Assembly (NCBI GenBank): GCA_043228905.1
Contig: JBHGNT010000001.1
Coordinates: forward strand, 9,920,001 to 9,984,000
DNA from: Azolla caroliniana
Taxonomy: Eukaryota; Plantae; Polypodiophyta
DNA: 64,000 nt
Direction: 5' to 3'
Numbering within the stretch: position 1 is the first letter of the stretch; each line of letters opens with the position of its first letter. This document shows positions 13,050 to 24,600 of this stretch, one piece after another. Position numbers and translations under genes: made by a program. The notes beneath the pieces were generated by a model. That model saw only the letters and a program-made list of their open reading frames with translations, did not search any database and was not told where the DNA came from.

Positions 13050-15974
13050 ATGAATCAAAATGAAATAGATTTCATCACGTCCTTGTATGATTCTGAGGAT
13101 GGTTATGCATCACCATACTCCGCAACCATCGATGAAGACTTGGATTCGTCTACATCCGAAGACTATGAGTCGGCTTCATCTGAAGAAGAGGCGGAGGAGG
13201 TTGATCCCTTCATGTATTGTTTGGCGAGGTATTTTGCGTTCACTAGAGGTATGTACGATTTAATGCTTAAAGATTTATTGGGTCAAGTTAAGGTAACATT
13301 TGAAATATTAAGCACACTCGCAAGGGGTGCACCTCTTAATTTACATGCATGGAGGCGCATGAAGAGTCGTCTCACGCTTAGAAATGAGAATGCAATACAC
13401 CTTAAGGCATCGCCTCATCTTCAGATTACGCACGTAGAGAAATGGAGGGAGATAGTATTGGCGTCACATTGTGGCGCATCGCACCGTTCTTTGACAAGTA
13501 CTCTGTCAGAGTTAAAGAGACTTTGGTCCAATGACCTTCGTGACCATGGGATCCCTAGTGCGTATGTGAAAGCAGTGATTGACCAATGTGGTTGTCAAGT
13601 TGTGTCGAGGTTAACTCCATCTGACATGGAGGGGACAAGTGTCGTGAAATATAAAAAGTCTAGACCCATAGAAGTGATCAAGATAGAGGCACATAGGGTT
13701 GATGATACGCTCATAGATGTTCAATTGAGGTATCACACACGCTTCCGTACAGGGATCACAAGGGGTGCACATGTGACTAGGTATAATTGTCACCGATGCG
13801 GTGTGGCCAACAAGCAATATCCATGCACTCGACGTAGAAAGCATTCATCTCGATGTGGGTGTACTTTTCATGTGAACGCTCGAATGAATGGCGGGGTTGA
13901 CCATGGGACAGTGACCGTTTCAATATATGGACCTCATACGGGTCATGTACCAGGAAGTAGACCAGATGCGTACTATTTGCCAGTGGCCCCAAATGTTATA
14001 AGTTGTTGTAGAGATGACCTTTTTGATGTTGGTTGCGCACGACATGTGGCACAAATGAGCATGCGTAAGGAAGCATATCATAAGTCCAAGGCTAGTCCAT
14101 TAGACCTTGTGAGTTATAGGTTCTTTATGATACCAAAGGAGGTCAATAACATGGCCAACAAGTTAAAAATTGGGAGTGCCATGTCAGGGGTTGATTGGTC
14201 TTTGATGATGCAAGATGCCTATGCCCTCCGAGATCTTGGGAAGGTGGCTCATGTCCAACCCTACTTGCCTGGTGAATATGGATCTCCCGCAAGGCAACCG
14301 TTCATCTTGGTGCTCCAAGATGAATGGATGTTAGAGATGTGTGAGCGATTGTCAATAAACAACTCTTGGGCAATCGACTCCACGTTTAAAACAAACCAAT
14401 TTGGCTTGCCATTATATGCAGCTGTGGCCCCAAATGCCATGGGAGTTGGTATCCCATTATGGTACATGATATGTAGTTCTGATAAGGGGTCTAACCATGA
14501 GCAAGTAGCTTTAGAAACTTGCTTGAGAGTCATATTTGCACGGATGCCCAATGTGATGCCAAATGCCATAGTCATCGATAAAAGTTGGACATCATATAAT
14601 GCCATAAGTAATGTGATTGCAACAAACCGATTATCTTGGATAGTTACAAATGGGCAAAGGTCGCAAACACATTGTCGACTTTTGTTGTGTCACTTCCACG
14701 CAAAAAAAGCATGGTTGGACAATTTCTTGCCAAAGGTAAGTGCAACTGAGAGAAACCATCTTTATAATCGGATGTGCCAACTCATGCAATGCATTACGGA
14801 ATCCACATTCAATGCCCAATGTGAGGAGTTAAAGGTAGAATATGCAAACAAGCCAGGTGTTTGGCAATATATAGAAGGAGGATGGTGTGGCTTGACATGT
14901 GTGTGGAGGAAACTGTGGCCCAAATTTGGTAGAATGTTCAACTACGGACATGTTGACACTACCAATCTCGTGGAGAGACATTGGCAATTTATCAAATATA
15001 CTGCCTTAAGAGGGAGGATAAACCGATCAATTACCAATCTTGTGCATGTTTTAATCAGGGACAGTCAAACTGGCACTTGCATCGGGGGTACTGTTATTGA
15101 ATGGTACAAGCAACGACAAGAAATATGTGAGAGTGGTAGATTTGCACCACGTGCAAATTGTAGGGATCAAACAACATGACTTAAAGAGGCCGAAAGGCTA
15201 TTAGAGAGGTATGAAACTAATGATGCGACAATGCATATTGTGGACGAGCCCCGATATTGGTTTAAAATATTGAGCTTGACAAAACCGAATGTATGGTATA
15301 ATGTATCGCTCCAATGTTCATATTGTGATTGCCAAGACCCTACGAGTAAATGTAAGCATATACTCGGCATCAGGATGATTATTGAGAGGCACATGCCACA
15401 TCTATTTGGGTCATTGCCTTTTATAGATCATGCAACCCATATGCGCAATGACCATTTCACAGAGACGGAAATGGAGACAGAATTAGAACCAGTCGAGGAA
15501 ACAAACCCTATAACATCACAAATGGAGGAATGGGAGTCGAAAATACAAACGGTTGAGGGGGCTATTCAATGTCTTAGGCAAGGGTTATGATCCCTCGACC
15601 GTGCAACAATTTTGGCATGTATGGAGTCCATTGAAGAAATAGGTCAGACGCTGGTGTATCACCTAGGTGCACCGAAACCAACCAATGAAGAAGACCGTGG
15701 ATCCATAGGGCGTAAGCAAGCAATTGGTGCAAAAAGGGGAGCATCAATCAACATTTCACAAGATCTTATTGGTAGCTCCCCAAACACTTGCAAGGCACAC
15801 ACAGGAAAAATGCAAAGAGGCGCAAGTCGAGCTAGGAGGCAGTTGCCAATATGTGCAACAGAGAAGATGCGATGCTTGCATTGCGATGCCTTGACCTTTA
15901 GATCAAGGGACTCAAATGTTGATTGTTGCAAGAATTGTGGTCGCATCTTGCCATCATCTCTGGATGAGCCATAA
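13050..15974 (+). pseudogene. MULE transposase (~974 codons) interrupted by two in-frame TGA codons (15177-15179, 15588-15590)
   Basis: ORFs 13050, 15231 and 15612 share one frame. WRKY/FAR1-like YNCHRCG...SSRCGCTFHV...HTGH; DDE residues IDSTFKTN, VIDKS, CHFH (CxxH), TTNLVERHW; SWIM CSYCDCQDPTSKCKHIL; C-terminal CLHC...CKNC zinc ribbon. Confidence 0.9.
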
Positions 15975-16350
15975 ACATAGCTTGGGTGGTTTTGCGGACC
16001 GATGCATTTGGGTTTACAATGTTTCAAGTGGATTTATGTTGATTTATGAGTGCATTTGGGAGTATGTCATATGTTGATTTATGTTTTAAGTTTCCTTATT
16101 CAAGTATGTCATCCTTTGATTTGGGTTTACGGTGTTTAAAGTGGATTTACGTTCTTTGTTTTAAGTTTTAAGTTTTTTAACTTTTAACTTTTATGTTTTA
16201 ATATGATTATTTGTTTTAACATAAGTATGGTAAAGATCGTCTATTTTGAATAATTTAAGGTTGGATTTTGTGATTGTTTGATATGTTATTGTAAGTTTTA
16301 AGGGTAATGAACAAGCTTATTTGAAGATTTTGGTCGAAATGATACATTTG

Positions 16351-16525
16351 GTTGGGCGACCTGCAACGGTTGGGCGACCAATCGGTTGGGCAACCTGCAA
16401 ATGTCAGGGTTGGGTGACCTAAAATGGTTGGGCGACTTGCAACAGTCAGAGTTGGGCGACCAACGACTCAAAGTTGGGCGACCTCTGACAGGGTTGGGCG
16501 ACCATCGACTCAGAGTTGGGTGACC
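16351..16525 (-). repeat. MULE right subterminal array: 9 copies of GTTGGG(C/T)GACC with 5-13 bp spacers
   Basis: Counted directly from 16351 to 16525; the motif is the reverse complement of the left-array motif. Confidence 0.9.
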
Positions 16526-16672
16526 TCTGACAACTTTTTTTTTCGCGCGTTCTTCCTTATCGAAATCTGACGGTGCAGATCGCACGCGCCTTCCTCTAAG
16601 CGACCTACACCGTCTGTGGCCGCGATTCCCTCACCAGCCCTCTTTATGATTTGATGCAGAATAGACACGAGC
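16515..16672 (-). repeat. MULE right terminal inverted repeat
   Basis: Reverse complement of 10034-10192; followed by TSD CCGACATTG. Confidence 0.9.
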
Positions 16673-17144
16673 CCGACATTGGGTCTCTAGATTGTGTAAG
16701 GGATGACTGATTGTGAGTCCCAAGTGCAAGTTTTGGAATGAGGATATGGTGGCTCTGAGATATGTGTAATTCATTTGATGTTAAGAAGGCATAATTTCTG
16801 GGGACCAGGAGGCTCTCTCTGTCTGTCTGCATACACGAGGGTCAATTTTGGAAATTCTCTCAGCCTATATAATTACATATAATAACTCAAAGTATTTCTT
16901 CTCATCAGAATTCATCGTCATCACCATCACCATCACCAGTCATCATCGCCAAGGTCTGCCTTCCAAGTAAGTCCTGTTCTTCTCTGCAAATTTTTCCTAC
17001 TTATGCTGCTCTGCCATCATAAAATGGCGGCTCTGTAACAGTCACCATGGAATGAATTGATGCCCCAGAAAAGAGATATTGAGACTAAGAAATAGGACTC
17101 AGAAGTAGGTAGATGCATGTGGCTGGATTGATGTGGTGCCAACT

Positions 17145-20100
17145 ATGTTTCCGATTGGAAAACTTGGCAATTACGTGTCACAGAGCGTCTCTGCAGTAGT
17201 AAGGCCATTTCAAGGCGCTGTCGACATAGTGGTGGTGCAGCAAGATGATGACTCTTTCAGGAGCTCTCCCTGGTACGTCAGATGGTACGACCCCCAAGGC
17301 AGTAGGAGGGAGAAGGGTGTTGACATCTGGGTCAATGATGTCAAAGCCAGCTTTTCTATGGTCCTCAACAGCAAAGGAGAAGCTTTGTTTGAAAATGAAG
17401 AGGATGCTTCTCCTGGGGCTTTGACAAGCACTGCAGCTAATTCACCTGTAGAAGATACAAATGGGGTACAGAGATCGATGGAAACACTGGCGTTAGGAGA
17501 AGCTTCTCTACCCCAAGATAATGGAGAAATTTTGACATTACCTCAAGGATCTCTTCTCCAAGACACCCAACGAATGCCCATCCTACAGGGAGAATCTTTA
17601 CTTCAGCAGAATGATTCGGGCATCAGAAGAACACGAGCCATTGATACTGAACTATTTCCAGCAGAAAAGTCGGCGAAGTTATTGGAGACATCAGTCACCT
17701 TCTCTAATGTCAACCATAAGGAGAGTGCAAGTGAATCACGTGTTTCCATGCTTATATCATCTCATCAAGAATCATACCTGTCTGGGGTGATGGAACAAGA
17801 CGCCCAAATGGAAGAAATAACAGAGAGCTGTTCTGAATCTGTTTGCGGAGTTTTGATTGAGGATGGAAAAGCAGATGAACTCATAGAGGCACCACCCTAT
17901 GTCCGTCTATTAGAGGAGGCTGTAGAAATTGTTGATAACCGGTCAAATTTTGCAGTGACAAACGAGATGGATGTTAAAATGGTGCAAGAAGCTCAACTTG
18001 TTTCAAATATTCAGCCATCTGATACTGTGGAAGGTGATACGATGTTGCACACAATAATTACAGAAGATTGGTTTGCATTGCAGGAGATCCCAACTGTAGA
18101 TATGGACAGAGATTTCCTTGCAGTGTCAGATACAACCATCACAAATGAACACCTTTGGAATGAATACAAGATTGTAAATGCTGAAGATGAAAATGACAGA
18201 TCAATGCTTGATGCTGATCAGGTTGGTCGCTATGTTTCAATTTCTGATGGTTTGTTAGATGGTAACATTGCCTCTGAAAGTAATAAATGCTTAGTGGAGC
18301 ACACTAAAGACTCATGCACAGTAAGCATATGTTCAGAGAAAGATGCCATTTTTAAGGTGGAGGAGGTGGTTTCAATGCAAGGAAGCAGAGATATTTCAGT
18401 TCCAGTGGTCGCTGTACCTCCTCCCTCTAGATGGTGGCCTCTATCATTTAAGAAATCAGCAGCCACTAAGACATCTAGTCTTAAATCAGGCATCTACAAA
18501 AACGAAACTTCAATAGTCAGTCAAGTAACTGTTGGAAATCCTTTGAGTAAGGAAACCTTAAAGAAGGATGTCCACCAAAAGTTGTCTCCAAAGCGGAAAG
18601 TGCTATCGTATTTACCAACCTCAGACCAGATCTCATCTCTAAAACTAAAGGAGGGTCCAAATAAGGTTACTTTCACCTTCCCTAGTGCTCGTAGAAAAGC
18701 ACAGGTATCTGTCTCTTGTTTTGTTTATTATCTGCGGTTTTTACTTATGGTACATTGTCCTCTGATTGGATACTCTTGTGCTAAATTAGGTTGACGCAAG
18801 TATTTATTTATGGAAATGGAATACAAGAATTGTGGTCTCTGATGTTGATGGGACAATTACCAAGTAAGTATATATATTCATTCAAAGCTGTCGTGCATTG
18901 GTGATATGTCCACAAGTGCCAATAAACTCCCAAACATATATACTTAATGAAACCCGATGAACCCTTATATGAAATCCAGTGTTTGCCAAATTAAGAAACG
19001 TTTATTGATCTGATAAAAAACACCTATGCAGTTGAATATTAAATTATGCTGGAATAATAGAAAGCCATACGTTAGTTTGTGTATGATGAATGACAACCTA
19101 GTAGAAAACTTTCCCTTAAAACATCTATAAATGGTCACATTGAGTGGAGTAAAAAATATCTCAAAGTGAAGAAAACAAATGGGAAGAGATGAGTGGAGAA
19201 AGTAGTTAAGGAACAAATAAATGTTCCTGATTTTTTCCTTCTGGCCATAACCATCCTGTCCTTGCTGTTGCTGGACATTGTGCCATCTCAGAAGGTGATA
19301 CCATGCATTCCCACATCCATGGATACAACTTTTATGGTGGAGCTGCACGATTGGTTTTCTCCTGTGTTTCCTTTGACTTTGATCTGAAGGGTAATGCCAG
19401 CATAGGCGTCTGTGACACTATTTCTCTGTAAAATGTGAAGTGTCACTGTAGATTGGTAGAAAGCAATTGATCAAATCGTTGTCAAATGTGGAATCAGAAG
19501 TACAAAAGAACACGACTTCAAGTGAGATAACGTCGTTTTTGAGGGTTCTGGAGGAGCCCAGAATCTCTACACATTGGAAGCCAGAGTTACATTGTATATT
19601 TTTTCATCAGTTGTTTAAAGTTGTCAGTTATATCTCAGGTAGGAAGCATCTCGTATTATTTGAATCACAAAGTTCATAGGTTGTGTTTGTAATGGACAGA
19701 TCTGATGTTTTGGGCCAAGTTATGCCCTTTGTTGGGAAGGATTGGAGTCATTCTGGAGTTACACGCCTTTTCTCTGCTATCAAGGTAGGCATTTATGCTT
19801 CTGACATTGTACAGGAGTATTTACTACTCACTAACAAATATTTTGTTGGGATTTAGATCCTGTCCTGTGAAGCTCATCGATGTTAGGGATAATGTGTAGG
19901 AGCTAGGCTGTGTTTTGACTAGTGATTTCTCCACAGATTGTGTTAATTAATAAACACATTTACAAATATAAAAAGATTTCATTCATGTTTTTATGAGGAA
20001 TATATAACTACAGAGCCTTGATTTGTGCTGTCGAGACTATTCGAATGAAGATGCTTTGCATGTTATTGACAAAGATTTTCTGGCACCTGTAATCATATTT

Positions 20101-21457
20101 TCAGTCTTTGTTTGGCTATGTCAGGAAAATGGATATGAATTACTGTTCTTAAGTGCTCGTGCTATTTCACAATCCTATCTTACGCGACACTTCCTCGGAA
20201 ATTTAAGACAAGTATGACTACCATGATTTGTAAAAGTGATGGAGAATGTCAAATCATGAATATAATACAATCTTTCCTGTTTTTGAAGGATGGAGCAACA
20301 CTTCCTGAGGGTCCGGTTTTCATTTCTCCTGATGGATTGCTTCCTTCACTCTATCGGGAAGGTGATATATTAATGGATATTTATTAACATTTTCTGGGAG
20401 TACTCTTTCCCGAACAATATATAAACCAAAAGAGTTATCATGTGTAACTAGAGAGCTTGTAAATTCACTGCATTAAAAATTCATGGCAATCCATGGGATA
20501 TTCTACAAGCTAGCAAGTTCAATTTTGTGGTTTTGCAAATAAACATGGTTAAATTATGAGTTGCTAAGAAGTCTTGTATGACAATAACTGAAATTAATGC
20601 TAGATGTTTCTTTGTAATTCTATATGAAATGTAAGTACCAAAGGTGACTTATAGCTAGGTAATGTCAAAGGACATGAAATTAATGTCCAGCTGAGTTGAT
20701 AACGCGACTGTTCTCTCTCTCAGACACAGATCTTGCTTTGAGAGAACCTTGCAAATTTACACATCTAACTAATTTTTCTTAGAAAAGTTTATGAACTGCT
20801 GAATAATATGCTTTCTTTGTGCAGTTATAAGGAGAACTCCTCATGAGTTCAAGATATCCTGTTTAGAGGTAGTACTTGTTTAGTTTATCCCTTGAACTTT
20901 ATTTCATACATGCGAGTTTTAAAACATTGGATCATTGTACCAGGAAGTTAAAAACCTTTTCCCAAGGCATGTGAACCCCTTTTATGCTGGATTTGGAAAT
21001 CGCATTACGGATGAGATAAGCTACCGTAGAGTAGGTATTCCAAGGGGGAAGATCTTTATGATAAATCCAAAGGTATATCACCTTAATACCAGTGATCTTA
21101 CTATTTGCCCATATTTTACAATTCTTGCCGTTATAGATTTGTTCTTATTACTGATACAGGGCGAGGTCATGGTTAATAATCATGTTCATGTTAAAACATA
21201 CACAAGCATTCATGCATTGGTTGATGGATTCTTCCCACCTGTCTGCTCATCTGAACAGGTGACTATGGAATTTCTTTACAAACTTTGGTTCTGAAAGTGT
21301 GATGTTTGTTGATGCTAGATACCTATATCTATAGATAGATAGATATTAGAAATTGTCGTTTTCTAACACGTTTTTACTGCAGGAGGATTTCAATTCATGG
21401 AACTTTTGGAAGCTTCCCATTCCGCACTTGATAGATGAGATCAATGAGAAAAGGTAA
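17145..21457 (+). CDS. PAH: Lipin-family Mg2+-dependent phosphatidate phosphatase (PAH1/PAH2-like)
   Basis: Exons 17145-18704, 18790-18863, 19700-19784, 20125-20211, 20289-20361, 20825-20868, 20944-21072, 21160-21258, 21383-21457. NLIP motif [13 protein letters not shown]...SSPWYVR...[11 protein letters not shown]; catalytic HAD motif [14 protein letters not shown]; LFLSARAI; PFYAGFGNR; [10 protein letters not shown]. Confidence 0.93.
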
Positions 21458-22379
21458 TTGTTTTGTTCCAATGTTAACCTTGCATTCTTTACAATGGCAT
21501 CCTCTTGAGTATGATAATTCTTTGGCAGTTCTAAAAAGAGAAAAGACCACAATTCAAAGAAATGATTGGTTTTGAGGTAAACATTTCATCTTTGTGTAAT
21601 ATACACATTCATCCCCCTTGGAAGAGTTGGATGCAACATTCTTTTGGAAATTATACGTCTACTTCATGGTGCTTTGAATCCAGAGGAATTGGGCTCTATG
21701 AGTAGACGTTACAGTACATTCGCGGATACATTTGTTAATACATAATTTGAGTGTGCAGGAGAGCCATAATATTTGATTCTGTGAAATTATGAGGTCATTT
21801 GTAAGGGCATCCCTCTGATGAGTGCTAATTTCCACCATGTAAAAAGTGGTTTCTGATTCTATGACTATCCATCTTTATATTTCTCTATGTTTAGAGGGGT
21901 AGAAGATTGCAGTTGTGATTGTTATCTATAATTCTAAGCTTGTCACATGAATTGGTTATATAAACCTCCCCTTTGTAAATAGAGATTTTCTGCCATCCCA
22001 TCATGACACAAACTGCAACATTGTGATTGATTATTCATTTATTGCTACTGATAATCATAAGTGATTTGCTTTAATTGGTTATATACGCATGTCCTTTGCA
22101 AATGGAAACTGGATGACATCCTAGCATCGATGCGAACCAGGCTATTATGTTTGATGATGTGAGTCGCTCATCTTTGTGAAGTTATTACATAAGAACATTT
22201 CCAATTATGATACTCAAATCAATAATTTATTCACACGCACTTACATGTACACACATCAAATTGTTTTGTCAAACAAATTGGCTCTACAATATACATTTGT
22301 AAACCTTAGTAAATTGAAAGGAAACAAATTGAGTGGTGATCCTTGAATCAATGGAGGCGTCGAGAGGTGCATCAGTCAT

Positions 22380-24600
22380 CTATCACTTGATAATCATTGT
22401 GTAACTTGTCAAAACATCTCCAAATGTAGTTTGTGTGAGGGTTTTGCAAGTTGGAATGGTTTCACATGAAACTGTGGATTGCTTGATGATTTCAAAAACA
22501 CAGAAGGTGACATCAGTGAAATGGGATATTCAATGTTCATTAGTAGGTTGTAATGTTTAACTTTATTACTTTGGTTCATCACAATCGAAATTTTATTCAA
22601 TCTTGGACCTTTTAACAAGCTAAAATGTACTGTCGAACGTTTTTGACATTGTAAAATCATTGCCCAATGCATCTTTGTCGGTTGTAGAGTAGTTTCCTTT
22701 GGGTGAATTAAGTTGTCAAATGGTGAGTGTTATTGGAAAGTACATCTTTTCCACTTTGGATCATGCGAAAATTCTATGTTGCAAAAGTGGATGCATTTAT
22801 ATAGATTTTGAACTATTTGTCCCAATCTAGTGATCAAATGACTAGTTTTCTAGAGAGCATTTCTTTGACAAGTTCAAATGACTACGCAATCATTTGTTCA
22901 CTTGAAGTCCATAAGTAGTCCACATAGTGGTCTCACCTTCTCCACAAACATCTTAATGAATGTAACCCGTGAACCTTGTAAATATTTCTTCTTTGCTAGA
23001 TGAGGCACGTCTATAATTAGTTTGACTTTAGCCTTGTTGGTAGAGATGGCATCCTTGGACACAAAGTATCCAATTGTCAACACATGCTTGTCAACACATG
23101 CATTTGAGTAGACTCAAGGACCATTGGTATGTATAAACTCTTCCAAAAAGAAACTCTATGGAGGGTGATATTTTCATCCCACGGCAAGTTACAACATAGG
23201 TTCTCTACATAAGAGTAGTCTCCTTTCCTAAATTTGGACTCAAATATATGATAAACACCCCTCTAATAAGTATTGAAAGCACTCCAAATGAGATTTCCTA
23301 TCAAGTAAATGTACCAAGTTCAACGACAAAGGTTGTTTTTATATTGATTTGTTGGTGCAACCACTATTTGATTGTACCTAGAAAATTCATCAATAAAATT
23401 GTAAGGTTCTTTTCTTGCTATCTATTCTAAAATATGTGTTATATAGGGAATTGTGTACTTATTGTGAATCATGGCTTTGTTTTCCTTTCTAACGTTGACA
23501 AATATTCATATTTTGCCATTTTCTTGAGTATTACCATTATAGAAGATGCCAAGTTGTTCTCCCTAAGGTCTACAATGCCAAACTTGGGCATTATTCTCAA
23601 TCTTTGCCCTTGATTTGTTTGTCATAGTGAGGATTCATCATTAAGTGTGGGGATTGAAGCAATTGTGAAGTGTGGATGACATAGTTCATCTTGTTTATAG
23701 GGAGATTATTACAAGTACATTTCAATTTTTGTGGAGATGAAGGACATGGTTGTTTTGATTTGGGAGATGATACATGGGGGCTATCCAAGGCGGCCCATCA
23801 CATTTTACCCAAGCATCAGGTGCATCATGGACTACTTTGGTGTCTTCAATTATTGTGTACAAAACATTTGTCAAATAGCATCACCCTAGTGGACAGTCAG
23901 GTGATGGTGAACAACTCCAGTATAAGTAGAATCAAAGGCATACATGGAGTTTTTAGACTACTAGCCAGGGTGGACAGTTGGGATATGTTGACTAGGATTA
24001 CCACCAAGATATGTAAAGATATGTATTCTCTTGGACCGCAGGAATTTGTTTATAGGTTGAGAATGGGTCTTGTTGGCAAAGGCTAAGAGAGGTTTCATGG
24101 ACATAATTAGCCTTATCTTGCCAAAGGCCATCGTTTATATTTGGTCTTTTGTATAGACACTTTGTGGAGTGGAAACTATTATGTACAAATTGAAGATTGC
24201 CTTTGGCATTGTTAATTTTAATACCAATGGAGTATAGTTTTTGTGGAAAAAAAATGTGTTATTTTTTAGCTAGCCTTACATCTTCTCACATGGGATTCAT
24301 AAGCATCACCACATGTGGTCGCATGTCTTTTCCATCTACTCTTGTTTCATATAAGAGAGTTATTAAAAATATGAATATCAAGAACAACTCAATTTTTGGT
24401 AAATCTCTACCATACGAGGCGGGTTGTAAAATAATGTGTGTATTTTCATTTTGGTGTGACACTTGGTTGGAGAAGGCCATGAGTTATCTATAAGTTTGAT
24501 CACCAATGTCAAGAGGAGATCACTTTGATAGAGTTCCCACATAGTTGTAACTCCTAAACCATTGAACTAGGAGTCAAATCGTAAGTAGATGAAGTTGTTT
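22380..24600 (-). mobile_element. Highly degenerate Ty3/gypsy pol remnant
   Basis: Minus-strand fragments TIGYFVSKDAISTNKAKVKLIIDVP (RT thumb/connection-like), LASSIMVILKK (cf. WxSPxVxVxKK) and NASTFA (RNase H DAS-like). Many stops; boundaries approximate. Confidence 0.55.

Larger units (their letters stand above)
10034..16672 (+). mobile_element. Mutator-like DNA transposon (MULE), structurally complete
   Basis: 9-bp TSD CCGACATTG at 10025-10033 and 16673-16681. Long TIRs: left gtgtctatt...caaatcataaagagggctggtgagggaatcgcggccacagacgg matches the reverse complement of the right end. Internal MULE DDE/SWIM transposase. Confidence 0.93.

Noticed and set aside
15177-15590. Programmed readthrough, selenocysteine or RNA editing of the transposase TGA codons
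   Set aside because: CpG deamination is the simpler explanation. U-to-C editing in plants is known from organelles, and no supporting signal is visible.
17133-17144. GTG start of the 553-aa PAH ORF
   Set aside because: ATG at 17145 matches the lipin N-terminus. The ORF's last ~29 codons are intron read-through.
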